The notes beneath the pieces were generated by a model. The model saw nothing but the letters and a program-made list of their open reading frames with translations. It ran no database searches and was not told where the DNA came from. A DNA stretch of 64,000 bases from assembly GCA_951406725.2 (NCBI GenBank), contig OX597834.1, positions 6,882,001 through 6,946,000 on the forward strand. Reading direction: 5' to 3'. The position numbers were made by a program, and so were the translations under genes. This document shows positions 42,801 to 58,557 of the stretch, one piece after another. The stretch comes from Octopus vulgaris (taxonomy: Eukaryota). Position 1 is the stretch's first letter; every line of letters starts with the position of its first letter.

Positions 42801-43550
42801 GACTTCCTATGCAACCACTGAGCCTGGATGCACATTCATCCATCCGTCGATGCTCTCGGTGTTGGGGGGGGGGTGACCTGCTTTCTCTTCTGTGGGTTTT
42901 ACGAATAGCAAAGGACCACGTTTCGGACTTCTCCCACACTGGGACGAAGACCACTGTGCTCAACACCAACAGCATCAACAGCAGCAGCAGCAGCAGCAGT
43001 AGCAGTTGTAGTGATGGTGGTGGTGGTGGTGGTGATTAAAGGCATATAGCTAAGTGGCTATGATATTTGATTTTCAATCTTGAAGTCATGAGTTCAATTC
43101 CTGGCCATACATTGTGTCCTTAAGCAAGACACTTTATTCCCCATTGCTGCAGTCTACTCAGCTGGCAAAAAACGAGCAGAACCTGTATTTCAAAGGGGCC
43201 AGTCTTGTAACACTCTGTATCAGGCCGAATCTCCTTGAGAGCTACATTAAGGGCCCACGTGTCTGTGGAGTGCTCAGCCACTTGCACATTAATAAATGAG
43301 TTGTGACATGACTGGTGCCAGGCTATATCTGCCCCTTTGCCTTTCCCTTGGATAACATTGGTGGCATGGAGAGGGGGAGGCTGGTATGCATGGGCGACTG
43401 CTGATCTTCCATAAACAACCTTGCCCAGAATTGTGCCTCGGAGGGTAACTTTCTAGATGCAATCCCATGGGCATTCATGACCAAAGGGGGTCACAAGTTG
43501 CAGTGGTGGTGGTAGTGGTGGTGATTAAAGGCATATAGCTAAGTGGCTAT

Positions 43551-44030
43551 CATCATCATCATTGTTCGACCGTGGTCAAGACAATAGAATTTACCATGCT
43601 ACGCCAGACTTCACGGTCCATCATAGCACTACAGAGGTCCTGTTGCTGGATGCCTGTATCCCCAGAGATTACATCAGGGTAGGAGCGTGTGCGCTCTCTG
43701 GTATCGCGAGTAGATGGCTTCCAGAGGAGAAGATGAGAAATTGCCTCGTTTTCAGCTCTACAACAATGTCCAGTAAACTGGACTCTCCTACCTTTCACAA
43801 GAGATGGCACAGGTGGTAGTTTCCCATATATTTGCATTTTGGTTGGATGACGCTTCCACGAGAGATTTTGAGCTCTCATAAGGAGGCGAGTGTAGGTTCC
43901 ATCCAACCACCTCTCAAGCTTCTTTGATAACGTCCAGGTTTCTGAGCCATATAGTAGAATTGGTTCGACTGTGGCTTTGAAGATTTTAAGTTTGAAGTCT
44001 CTACTTAGATTTGATGACCAGATCTTATTC
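43551..44030 (-). mobile_element. 5'-truncated RTE-clade LINE (C-terminal region after the RT core) with (GAT)n tail
   Basis: KLKIFKATVEPILLYGSETWTL..FTGHCCR..AMMDREVWRSMV are typical RTE C-terminal motifs; open frame ending in TGATGATGAT; inserted in a SINE head. Confidence 0.85.
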
Positions 44031-44764
44031 CCAATCATGATGCATTGTGTCCTTGAGCAAGACACTTTATTTTCCATTGCTCCATTCCACTCAGATGGCA
44101 AAAATGAGTTGTACCTGTATTTCAAAGGGCCAGCCTTGTCCCGCTCTGTATCAGGCCAAATCTTGAAAACTACATGAAGGATACACGTGTCCTATTTCTT
44201 TATTATCCACAAAGGGCTAAACACAGAGGGGACAAACAAGGACAGACATAGGTATTAAGTCGATTACATCGACCCCAGTGCATAACTGGTACTTAATTTA
44301 TCGACCCCGAATGGATGAACGGCAAAGTCGACCTCGGCGGAATTTGAACTCACAACGTAATGCAGACGAAATACCGCTAAGCATTTCGCCCGGCGTGCTA
44401 ACGTTTCTGCCAGCTCGCCGCCTTACACGTGTCCATGGAGTGCTCAACCACTTGCACACTAATTTCAAGAGCAGGCTGTTCCATCGATTGGATCAACTGG
44501 AACCCTTGACGCCGTAACCGACAGAGTTCCACCTAATGTGTTTCCATGAAATGTAATAATAGTCTCTCTCTGTCTGAAGTATGAGGAATTATCTTTTGTT
44601 TGAGAATATTTTTGTTTCTGTTCTAATGTCAGCCATTCATTTGAAATACGATAACACATTTTATTGTATATGTAAAATATCATAACATATGATATGAACA
44701 GTGATAACATTATATTTGTATTTAAAATGAGACATGATATTGTGTATGTATCTAAAGTGTGATT

Positions 44765-44804
<40 letters not shown>

Positions 44805-45744
44805 TGTGGTAACTTATTGTGTGCTAATGTATTACTTGTATTCTGCGCAAATTTTATTATAGAATAGATAGGATGATAGCTTATTGATTTTTGTTATCAT
44901 ATTTGTGTTTACCTCACAACTTTTTAACAACAGCCTCATTTGTTACGTGACTTCAATGGACCAATCATCAATTTGCTATGTTTTTTGGTGAAGAAAGTAA
45001 CAAGGGAGTACTTGTAATCTGTTGCAGAGCAAATATCATGAAGGACTTGACTGTTTTTTTATTTTCGTTTTTTTCTCCATTGATGGTTTATATCTCTTGC
45101 CAATATACAGCAGTGAAAAATAAACACACAAATACACATCATCATCATCATCGTTTAACGTCCGCTTTCCATGCTAGCATGGGTTGGACGGTTTGACTGA
45201 GGGCTGGCGAACCCACAAGATTTTGGTCAGGCTATAGCCAAAAACACTAGTCCACAGTGCCATGCAGTGGTATTGAACCCAAAGCCATCTGCTTTGCAAG
45301 TAACTGCTTATCACACAACCATGCTTGTGATAATTGTATTTCACATATTATAAAGGTGATATTTATTTTTTTTATGTTTCTATGTATAATAAATATGTTT
45401 TGGTGCAATCATTGCATTTTGATCAGCAGAATTACAATGATTTGATGACCTTTAAGCTAACATGCTGCTGACTGCTCAGCCATAAAAATGCCCCGCCTCC
45501 TTGTGATCCCTGAGAACTTTCATGGTAATAAATCGATCTTGTGAAGTTTATGATGAAGGAATATATGTCAGTAAAGTAGTAAAAGTGAAAATACATCACA
45601 AGAGCACTTGTTATGAGTTAGGTTACCTCTCTCTAAGTGACCTGGGGGTCTAATGAATTCTAGCCAAGAACATCCTATCAGATATTTAGATAAACTACAC
45701 AGAAATAGATTGTTTTCTCTTTTTAATATACTTTTTATTCTCTT

Positions 45745-45963
45745 TTTGCTCTTTTACATGTTTCAGTCATTTGATTGTGGCCATGCTGGAGCAACACCTT
45801 TAGTCGAGCAAATCGACTCCAGGACTTATTCTTTGTAAGCCTAGTACTTATTCTATCGGTCTCTTTTGCCAAACTGCTAAGTTACAGGAAGGTAAACACA
45901 CCAGCATCGGTTGTCAAGTAATATTGGAGGGACAAACACAGACACAAGCATATACACACACAC

Positions 45964-46006
<43 letters not shown>

Positions 46007-46170
46007 ACGGGCTTCTTTCAGTTTCCGTCTACCAAATCCACTCACAAGGCTTTGGTTGACCCGAGGCTATAGTAGAAGACACTTGCCCAAGGTGCCACAC
46101 AGTGGGAATTAACCCGGATCCATGTGGTTGGTAAGCAAACTACTTACAACACAGCCACTCCTACGCCTAT
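45745..46170 (-). mobile_element. Family A SINE
   Basis: Matches 2950-3365. Confidence 0.9.
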
Positions 46171-46350
46171 GGTGATGTTTACTTAGTAGGAGACTAGGCT
46201 GTTATTTCTAACAGACTGATGACTCATAGGAAGTCTTCTCTGTTGGCTAACATTAGACAGATTGTTATAGAAAGAAATTAAGGAAACTGGTTAATTAGAA
46301 GCATGGGAAAGATAATAACACCTCATCATTCTTAGTTCTTAATGTTATAG

Positions 46351-46943
46351 CTATAAATATAAAACTGAGAATATGTATGTGTTTGTTTGCCTGTCTGTGT
46401 GTCTGTATGTGTGCATCACTAAAATTTGAGAACTACCCAATCGATTTAATTCAAATTTTACACATGCCTTACATAGGTTCCATGCAGTGACATGGACCAA
46501 AAAAATTTTCAACTTCTTGCCTAATTCGAGCCCGGAGCAATCTCTTATCTCTTACACCATTTCAGTATTACGTGTCAAAAGTGAAACAATAACATATATA
46601 TTGTAATGTGAGATGATACTTTCAGTTTTAATAGTGGATGGTTTATGGTGGATCGAATCCACTTCATGCCTGCAAGATCCTACATACATGTATATTTGCG
46701 TGTGTGTGTGTGTCTGTGTTTGTATCCTTACCATTGCTGTGCTTACATTCCCATAACGTAGCAGTTTGGCAAAAGACACTGATAGAATAAGCTCTAGGCT
46801 TACAAAGAATAAATCCTGAGGTCGATTTGTTTTACCTACAGCAGCGCTCCAGCATGGCCACAGTCACATGACTGAAACAAGTAAAGCAATAAAAAAAAAA
46901 CTATGCCCTTTTAACCCTGAGCAAGGCTGTGTATCTCTGCTAG
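46351..46943 (+). mobile_element. Non-autonomous Helitron-like element containing a family A fragment
   Basis: CTATAAATATAAAACTG start, (GTCT/GT)n, CAATCGATTTAATTCAAATTT; 3' end AACCCTGAGCAAGGCTGTGTATCTCTGCTAG|T (decayed hairpin plus CTAG). Confidence 0.6.
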
Positions 46944-47893
46944 TATTTTTTGTTATGGCTTATTATCTCCACGTCAATCCTGTTTGAGCAAACGTATGAT
47001 TAAAAGCATTCTAGCTACAATCAGCCCATTATTTTTTTTTCTTAACTCACACAAAATAACGACTACATTATTGAATGTGTCCTTTCTCTTTTGAGAAGGT
47101 AGGTTATATTCAAGGGAAGATTTTGCAACAATTTCTAGCTGTTACCGATGACAAAGACTAAACAACATCACCGTTGCATAATTCATAATTATTTATAACA
47201 AACGAGGACGTATTTGAATAATAATTAGGCAGGCAACAAAACCAATGTCTAACGAACAACTACCGCCAATACATATAATTAGCAATATGCTTCATGTTTT
47301 CTTTCCCCTGTCCATGTAAATAGTCGCAATGAATTGGAAACAAAACTATAAGCAAATTGAATAAAGGATAAAATACAGGATATTCTAAATAATTACCGAA
47401 GAATAATTACCTAGAAAATAAACATGAATTCATAGAAACTAATATTTGTAATCATATTTTGCTAACATCTGCCACTTTCTGCCACAAATTACCTGTGGAG
47501 TGTCCAGAGTTATCTGTCTCTAGGAAATAATTTGTAGCTGAAAAGTATTCGTGTTGGAAAATATTCCTTACTCTAATCATTATTTTCCCAGGTATTTTTC
47601 AGAAAAACTAGTTTTTGCCCAAATGATTTTTCTTCTTAATTCCTTTTCCATAGCTCCAAGTCATTTTAACCATTTAGCATTCAAATTACTCTCTCAAATA
47701 TAATGCTTATTTACTCGCATTGTTTTAAATTAATCATGTATTATCTTGTAGTTTTGAAATTTCAATGCTGTGATTGTTTATTTTAAGAATGACATTGTAA
47801 GGTAGGTGTGAGAGGCTGGACGTGGCCAGTTTTGGCATAAAACAGGTATGTTTGGGCTGGGTATGGCCAATTTCAGTACTAAAGTGTTAATGT

Positions 47894-47924
<31 letters not shown>

Positions 47925-48182
47925 CCATCGTTTAACGTCCATTTTCCAAGCTAGCATGGGTTGGACGGTTCGACCGGGGTCTGGGAAGCCAGAAGGCTGC
48001 ACCAGGCTCCAATCTGATCTGGCAGTGTTTCTACTGCTGGATGCTCTTCCTAACACCAACCACTCCGTGAGTGTGGTGGGTGCTTTTATGTGCCAACAGC
48101 ACAGGTGTCAGGTGAGGCTGGCAATGGCCATGATTGGTTGGGGCTTTTTACGTGCCACCAGCACAGAAAAGTTTATAACTTG

Positions 48183-48285
48183 GAATTTATTATTATAATT
48201 ATTATTATAATTTATTATTATAATTATTATTATAATTTATTATTATAAGTATTATTATAATTTATTTTTATAAGTATTATTATAG
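48183..48285. repeat. AT-only 10-22-bp minisatellite (TTATTATTATAA)n
   Basis: Direct reading. Confidence 0.8.
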
Positions 48286-48606
48286 TTTTCTCAGTTACCA
48301 ATTTTAACACAATAACAGTCAACTATGCATGCATTTTTTATTGTTTTATTATATTGATTTTAAAGCACCTTCACTTCATCTTTTTAAAACAGTCAGTATC
48401 ATTAATTTAATATTTTGTTGAGACATATAGGTGTGGTTGTATGGTAAGAAGCTTGTTTCTCAACCACATGGTTCCAGATTCAGTCCCACTGCATAGCACC
48501 TTGGCCAAGTGTCTTCTACAATAGCATAGGGTTGACCAAAATCTTATGAATAGATTTGGTAGACGGAAACTGAAAGTAGCTCATTGTATGTATATATGTA
48601 TGTTTC

Positions 48607-50040
<1,434 letters not shown>

Positions 50041-50876
50041 TCTCTCTATATAAAGATACGTGTGCGTTTGTGTCTGTCAGTCTGTCCCCCACTGTTTCTT
50101 GACAACAGATGCTGGTAAAAGAGATCGATAGAATAACCACCAGGTTTAAAATAAAAACAAGTACTTGGGTTGATTCTTTCGCTTCGATTAAAAATTCTTC
50201 AAGGTGATGCCCCAGCTTGGCCGCAGTTTAACGAGTGAAATTAGTTAAAGATAAACGATACATAAATTCTTTAGGTGATTATCATGCAACGTACTGAATA
50301 GAACTATTACATGCTAATCCAGTAAATATTCATTTGAAGTCAATTATCCTAGTTATTGCAAGAGGTTTTATCTACAAGCAAATACAAACTTCGCTAATCA
50401 CCTCAACAAAGAAACATTTAGCCATTAGAAATAGTCATTAAATCTCCCTCAAAGTGAAGCAATTTAGAATAGGGTAACTCATCAAATTACAGCTTGCTAC
50501 ATTTAACCAAGATCCACTTGGTAATTGAGATTACACAACATGTTGAGGATTATTGCAAGGTGTTACTGTAACACATAACAAATTTTCACATTCTTTCTGC
50601 CATGCCACCTTCAATTGCAGTACGATGGCTCTTACAATACCCTGATGGCCTAAGCCTCCAACACTTAACACTTTAATCCTGAACTACTCTGGAATAATAA
50701 GTTTGCTGGAATGCAACACGAATTTTTCAAGAACTCAAACTTCAAATTACAATACTTTATAAATTCTTGCATTGTTATGGCAATTCAGATTTTGTAGAAT
50801 CTGCTTCTCCAAGTCATGCAAAATCGATGTCGCTTGTGAAAATATATTCTAAATCATTGACCATGTAGTTTCATTT

Positions 50877-50910
50877 ACTTACCTGAAAAAAGTAGGTGAT
50901 TGTTAATCAA
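50877..50910 (-). promoter_or_regulatory. Candidate recursive splice site (AG|GTAAGT)
   Basis: Minus tgattaacaatcacctacttttttCAG|GTAAGTaa: branch-like TTAAC, pyrimidine tract, abutting consensus donor. Confidence 0.4.
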
Positions 50911-51889
50911 CAGCAGATAATCCTATTTTAAACTATAAGATTTGATAATGGATTAACAATAATTAACCTTTCAGGACTTAAACCGGCCAAAATATCCGGC
51001 CAAAATATCTTGCCAAAATATTCTACCTGTTCAAATTGGTATTGTATTCAAATTGGCCAGACTTGGCCTCTCACATTAACCCTATTCATCATCATAATCA
51101 TCATCAGCAGCAGCATCGTTTAACGTCTGTTTTCCATGCTAGCATGGGTTGGACGGTTCGACCGGGGTCTGGGAAGCCAGGAGGTTGCACCAGGCTCCAG
51201 TCTGATCTGGCAGTGTTTCTACAGCTGGATGCCCTTCCTAACGCCAACCACCCCATGAGTGTAGTGGGTGCTTTTTACATGCCAGCAGCACAGGGGCCAG
51301 AGGAGGCTGGCAAACGGCCATGATCGGTTGGTGCTTTTTACATGTCACCGACACGGATGCCAGTCAGGCAGTGCTGGCCTCAGCTATGTTCGGATGGTGC
51401 CTTTTACGTGTCACCGGCACGGGTAATGTTCCAAAAATTAACAACTGCCTCTTGAGAATCTCAAAGTTAGGAGATAATGCACGACTACCTAACAATGTCT
51501 GTCTAAAAATAAACAATCATATATTAATCTCGAAGCTACAAGATAATGCGTGATTAATTCAAAGCAATGTGAATAAATAAGCATTACATTTGACGGAGTA
51601 ATCTGAAAGCTAAAGGGCAAAATGTCTGTTTCACTTTCAAGTTTTCGTAATCCATTGAGAAGATTTTTAACTGTTTTGAAATGTGTAAAAGAGTTGTGTG
51701 ATCAGTTTAAGTGTCAGATACAATTCCATAAAAATGCTTGTATGCTCATAAGCCAAGAAATTCTCATACTGATAAAATCATTTTACAACAGATGGTAGTA
51801 AAAATGATATTTTATAAGATGTTTTTTCTTGGGTGGCTTCAACTAATTAGCTTTGTTTGGCAATTTTGACATTAAAACTTATAAAAATA

Positions 51890-52118
51890 TTAACCCTTTA
51901 GCGTTTAACCCGGCCATATCTGACCAGAATATTATCCTTCTTTTATGTTCAAACTTATGAGATTCAGCCTCTCACACCTACCCTACAATGTCATTCTAAA
52001 GATAAATAATCACACCATCGAAAATCTTGAAGCTATGAGACAAGGCACAATTAATTCCAAACAATAGGAATAAATAAGTATTACATTTGACCAAGTAATC
52101 TAAGCACTAAAGGGTTAA
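51890..52118. mobile_element. piggyBac-like MITE
   Basis: TTAA-CCCTTTAG...CTAAAGGG-TTAA; related copies 47667-47890 and 50963-51620 (split by E); a different TTAA-bounded element spans 54937-55628. Confidence 0.7.
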
Positions 52119-52924
52119 ACAATTCCTTAAAAAATTATTAGAAAGTCCTTTCTTCAGTTGTATTTTTTTAAAGTAACCCACAGAAACACAAAGCAACATT
52201 AATAATTAATTTACACATATCACTCAAAACAATACGAAACTCAAAACTCTGTGATATTCGCTGATATTTTATTTAGCTCATATGACAGATTGTAATTCTT
52301 CATTTCTTACATGAATTCTTTTGTCTAAAGCTATATATTTTCACTCTTAACTCTTCACAATTATCTCAACCACATTGTTCCAAGTTCAGTCCCACTGGAT
52401 GGCACCTTGGCCAAGTGTCTTCTACTATCACATAGGGTTGGGCAAAGTCTTATGAGTAGATTTGGTACATGGAAACTGAAAGAGGACTGTTGTATCTGTA
52501 TCATCATCATCATCGTTTAACGTCCGCTTTCCATCCTAGTATGGGTTAGACGAATGACTGAGGGCTGGCAAACCAGATGGCTGCACCAAGCTCCAATTTT
52601 GATCTGGCAGCGTTTCTACAGCTGGATGCCCTTCCTAACGCCAACCACTCCGAGAGTGTAGTGGGTGCTTTTACGTGCCACCGGCACGGGGCCAGTCAGG
52701 TGGTACTGGCAACGACCTCGCTCAAATCTTTTGCACATGCCACCGGCACAGGTGCCAGTAACGCGATGCTGGTAACGATCACACCTCAAATGGTGTCTTT
52801 TACATTCCACCGGCACAGAGGCCGGATAGCCACTCTGGCAATGATCACGCTCGGATGGTGCTCTTAATACCCTACTAGCATGGTGCTCATGTATAATATA
52901 GATATATATATATATATATATTAC

Positions 52925-53328
52925 TCTTTACTTTTTTACTTGTTTCAGTCATTTGACTGTGGCCAAGCTGGAGCACCACCTTTAATCGAGCAAATCGACC
53001 CCGGGACTTATTCTTTGTAAGCCCAGTACTTATTCTATGGGTCTCTTTTGCCAAACCGCTAAGTAACGGGGACATAAACACACTAGCATCGGTTGTCAAG
53101 CGATGCTGGGGGGGAACAAACACAGACACACAAACACACACACGCATATATATATACATATATACGACGGGCTTCTTTCAGTTTCTGTCTACCAAATCCA
53201 CTCACAAGGCATTGGTTAGCCTGGGGCTATAGCAGAAGAGACTTGCCCAAGATGCCACGCAGTGGGACTGAACCCGGAACCATGTGGTTGGTAAACAAGC
53301 TACTTACCACACAGCCACTCCTGCACCT
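52925..53328 (-). mobile_element. Family A SINE
   Basis: Matches 2950-3365. Confidence 0.9.
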
Positions 53329-54437
53329 ATATATACACACACACACAGAGAGGGTGCAATGGGTAAATTGTTGCCATTTTATATTTTTAATTTCTCTCAT
53401 GCCCCATTGTTTGTTTTTGATTATAATTCTTCATTTCTTACATGAATTTATGTGTCTAAAGCTGTACTTTTCACTCTTAACCTTTCGCAATTATCTTCAT
53501 TTAATATTGGTTCGAATTTTGGCACAAGGCCAGCAATTTCAGGGGTGGGGGTAAGTTGATTACATCGACCCCAGTTATCAACAGGTACTTCTTTTATTGA
53601 CCCCCAAAAAATGAAAATCAAAGTCAACTTCAGTAGAATTTGAATTCAGAACATAAAGGGAAGCAAAGGACCACAAAGCACATTTCCCATCATATTAACA
53701 ATTCTGCCACTTGCTGGCTTACCTGAGGGCTTAATAGTCAATGAAGATAGGTGTTGAGCTGGCAGAATTTCTAGTATGCTGGGCAAACTACTTAGTGGCG
53801 CGCTATTCATCATTTGCATTCTACTTTCAAATTCCACTGAGGTCGACTTTACTTTCATCATTTCAGAGTTGATAATCAAGTACCAGTTAAACACTGGGGT
53901 CGATATAATCGACTTAGCCCTGCACCTGAAATTGCTGGCCTTGTGCCACAATTTAAAACCAGTATTGAATCCTCTTGTTAAAGGTGGTGAGTTGAAACAC
54001 CATCAAGGTTGACTTTGTCTTTCATCCTTCAGGGGTCAATATAAAAAGTAACAGTTGAGAACTGGGGTCGACTCACCACTCCCCCCCCCACAAAATTACT
54101 GGGCTTGTTCCAAAATTAGGAAGTAATATTAAGTCATAAGTTTTTAAATGATAATCTTATATCATGTATTTGTTAAAAATCCAATTATAATAATCTTTAA
54201 AAACAATAAGGAATTACAACCGTGTTTCGTGGTCTGCTACCCAAACAGCTCCTTTATAGGATCCAGTTAGCTCAAGACATCAACAGGGAACCATGTCCAG
54301 TTTCGGCCCCTACTCCTCTATCGTTTTGACATGGCGGGGCACCCCCTTTCGGAGGTGTCTTCAGCTCTGGTGTTGGGTGCATGTCATCTTTTTTCTGTTC
54401 CCTGGCCTCTTCGGTGTATCGTCAGTGAGTGTCAGCC

Positions 54438-56460
54438 GGGCTGTGTGGTAAGTAGCTTGCTTACCAACCACATGGTTCCGGTTTCAGTCCCACTGCGTGG
54501 CTTCTTGGGCAAGTGTCTTCTGCTATAGTCCCGGGCCGACCAATGCCTTGTGAGTGGATTTGGTAGACGGAAACTGAAAGAAGCCTGTCGTATATATGTA
54601 TATATATATATATGTATGTGTGCATGTATGTATGTGTGTCTGTGTTTGTCCCCCTAGCATTGCTTGACAACCGGTGCTTGTGTGTTTACATGCCCGTCAC
54701 TTAGCGGTTTGGCAAAAGAGACTGATAGAATAAGAACTGGGCTTACAAAGAATAAGTCCCGAGATCGGTTTGCTCGACTAAAGCCGGTGCTCCAGCATGG
54801 CCGCAGTTAAATGACTGAAACAAGTAAAAGAGTAAAAGAGTAAAGAGAGAGTAACTACAGTTCCAGCTATCTGACTTTTCATGGACTAATACATTTGAGA
54901 TGCTGACCAAATTCCAAAACCCAACATTTGGCTATGTTAACCCTTTCTTTACCATATTTCTGTTAACATACGCTGCTTTTGTTTTTAATTTTTAAAAGAA
55001 TGAAAAACTTTAGTAAAATAACTTTCTTGTCATTAAGCTGTGGTTTGGAACAAATTACTCTTTACTCTTTTACTTGTTTCAGTCATTTGACTGCAGCCAT
55101 GCTGGAGCACCACCTTTAGTTGAGCAACTCGACCTTTTGTAAGCCCAGTACTTATTCTATCAGTCTCTTTAGCCGAACCGCTAAGTAACAGGGACATAAA
55201 CAAACCAGCATCGGTTGTCAAGCGATGCTAGGGGGACAAACACAGACACACAAACACACACGTGCATATATATATATATACATACATATATGATGGGCTT
55301 CTTTCTGTTTCCGTCTACCAAATCCACTCAGAAGGCTTTGGTTGGTCTGAGGCTATAGTAGAAGAGACTTGCCCAAGGTGCCACGCAGTGGGACTGAACC
55401 CGGAACCATGTGGCTGGTAAACAAGCTACTTACCACACAGCTATGCAGTTTTTGTTTTTAATTTTTGAAAGAATGAAAAACTTCGTAAAATAACTTTCTC
55501 GTCATTAAGCTGTGGTTTGGAACAATTATAAAATTTTAAAGGAAGATTATTATTTAGATGACTTTAAAACAGCAGATTTATGTCAGAAACTTGGGTGGTC
55601 TCAAATGGGTTGGTATTAAAAGGATTAAGATCGATTTTGGATAAGTGAAGTTGAGTTCTTTATTCAAATTTCTCAGAAGCTTCTCTAAAACGGAATTCCC
55701 ATCTCATATCATGTTATCTTGATATATTTCTTATCTCTGTTGACAATTCTCCATTCTTTCAGATTCTGTCTACCAAATCCACTCACAAAGCTTTGGTCAG
55801 CCCAAGGTGCCATGCAGTGGAACTGAACCCAGAACCATGTGGTTGGAAAGCAAACTTCTTGCAACACAGCGACGCCTATACCTATTCAAAAATTTCTTAT
55901 AAATATGTCTGAAGCTTTGTTAAATAAATAATTTTAGATAGATGCCATGTTACTTAGAGAAACATTTAATGAAGGCCTGCAAGCAACCATGTGCACAAAG
56001 TGTGTGTGTTAGTGGAGGGCCGTGTGTACATGAAAGGAATCTAAATACTCTCAACTAGGCGCAGGAGTGGCTGTGTGATAAGTAGCTTGTTTCCCAGCAC
56101 ATGGTCCAGGGTTCAGTCCCACTGCATGGCATCTTGGGCAAGTGTCTTCTACTATAGCCTTGGGCCGACCAAAACCTTGTGAGTGGATTTGGTAGACAGA
56201 AACTGAAAGAAGCCTGATGTATATATGTATATATATATATGTGTGTGTATGTGTTTGTGTGTCTGTGTTTGTCCCCCTAGCATTGCTTGACAACCGATGC
56301 TGGTGTGTTTACGTCCCCGTCACTTAGTGGTTCGGCAAAAGAGACCGATAGAATAAGTACTAGGCTTACAAAGAATAAGTCCCAGGGTCGATTTGCTCAA
56401 CTAAAGGCGGTGCTCCAGCATGGCCGCAGTCAAATGACTGAAACAAGTAAAAGAAAAGAA
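54438..56460. mobile_element. Cluster of family A SINEs in alternating orientation (54438-54850 +, 55057-55440 -, 56077-56460 +)
   Basis: Each matches family A. Confidence 0.85.
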
Positions 56461-58025
56461 AAAGAAAGAATAATAGTGTAACAAATCACTTCTTGGATTT
56501 GATCCCAAAACCTTCCTCTCCGGAATCAAATCCACACTTCATCAATTTAATCTTATTTGTTAATACTCGGTGCAGTTTGTGATGAACACCACAAAAGTTG
56601 ATTACTTCACCTACAGACTTATATCTCAGCCAATCACTTTTGACAGCAGAATCGATTAATGTTAGTGCTGATCAAAGGGAACCTGTCTAGTTTTTGTACT
56701 AAAATCCTAAGAGAAGTTTCTCGAAGTTTTTTCTGCATTCATAAAAAAAGTAGATTTTTTTTTCAACATTCCCCAGAGCTATCTTGTTTACTGTCAGACT
56801 GAGTGTCTCTGTGATCCATAATGTGTCAGGTGATTTCTCATCATCTCCCTCCATCCCTCGCTTTCCAATTCAAGCACACTTTCCTCCACTCACGAACATT
56901 TTCTTTTCTAACATTTCTCTCCGTGTCTCTAATAGAGGCTTAAATGTATTTCTCTGCTGCATTATCCTAAGTACTTGCTTTCCACACAACACACACACAC
57001 AACACACACACATGTTTGTGTGTGTGTATTTATGTGGCAGAAACGTTAGCACGCCGGGCGAAATGCCTAGCCGTATTTCGTCTGCCGTTACATTCTGAGT
57101 TCAAATTCCGCCGAGGTCAACTTTGCCTTTCATCCTTTCGGGGTCGATAAATTAAGTACCAGGTACACATTGGGGTCGATATAATCGACTTAATCCGTAT
57201 GTCTGTCCTTGTTTGTCTCCTCTGTGTTTATTCCCTTGAGGGTAGTAAAGAAATAGGTATTTATGTGTTTGTGTCTGTGTTTGCCCTCACCATCACATGA
57301 CAACTGGCTCTGGGTGTATTTGCATCACCATAACTTAGCAGTTCAGCAAAAGAGATTGACAGGATAAGTATCAGACTTAAAACAGCAGTACTAGGGTCGA
57401 TTCATTGAGCTAAAATTTCTTCAAAGCTGTGCTCCAGGATGGCCACAGTCTAATGAGTGAAATAAATAAAAAATAAAAGATTAAGGATTTCATTTATGGG
57501 AGTAAAAGATGTATTTGGATGATCTTAAGAAACCCCTTGTAATTGGGAAACTTGAAGGGCCACTTTTTAGATTAGTTCTATTGATGGTGGAAGCACTCCA
57601 TCGGTTACGAGGACGAGGGTTCCGGTTGATCCGAATCAACGGAACAGCCTGCTCGTGAAATTAACGTGTAAGTGGCTGAGTGCTCCACAGACACGTGTAC
57701 CCTTAACGTAGTTCTCGGGGATATTCAGCGTGACACAGAGAGTGACAAGGCCGGCATTTTGAAATACAGATGCAGTGGAGGAGCTATAGGGGTTAAGGAC
57801 TCGGAGTTTAGAAATAAAAAACACATGATTAAAATTTGACATGATTAAAATTTGATTTTTATGGCAATTAAAAGATTGAACAGAGGCAAAGACGAATTTG
57901 CATAGTAAAATGCTTAAAAGAATTTAACTTTGTTCAAATGGTGGCTGATTCAGCCAAATATCAAAAGTGATGACTCGATAGAGATATAAAACAACGTTTG
58001 GATGCCACAAAGAAGGAGTTGCATG

Positions 58026-58085
<60 letters not shown>

Positions 58086-58249
58086 GTGTGTGTGTGTGTT
58101 GTGTGTCTGTGTATGCGTGTTGTGTGTTGTGTGTGTTGTGTGTGTGTGTTGTGTGTGTGTGTGTGTATGTGTGTTGTGTGTGTGTATGTGTGTTGTGTGT
58201 GTGTGTATGTGTGTGTATGTGTGTTGTGTGTGTGTGTGCGTGTTGTGTT

Positions 58250-58557
58250 GTACTTATTCCATCGGTCTCTTTCGCCGAACCGCTATGACGGGGGACATAA
58301 ACACACCAGCATCGGTTGTCAAGCAATGCTAGGGGGACAAACACAGACACACAAACATACACACAAACACACACACATATATATACATATATACGATGGG
58401 CTTCTTTCAGTTTCCGTCTACCAAATCCACTCCCAAGGCTTTGGTCGACCCGAGGCTATAGCAGAAGACACTTGCCCAAGATGCCACGCAGCGGGACTGA
58501 ACCCGGAACCATGTGGTTGGTAAACAAGCTACTTACCACACAGCCACTCCCTGCGCC
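58250..58557 (-). mobile_element. Family A SINE (3'-truncated) next to a 230-bp (GT)n tract
   Basis: Matches 3058-3365. Confidence 0.85.

Noticed and set aside
54338-54366. Minus-strand CTGAAGA..GAAA hammerhead-like text
   Set aside because: The GAAA is the loop of hairpin CACCTCC-GAAA-GGGGGTG; no stem III or stem I.
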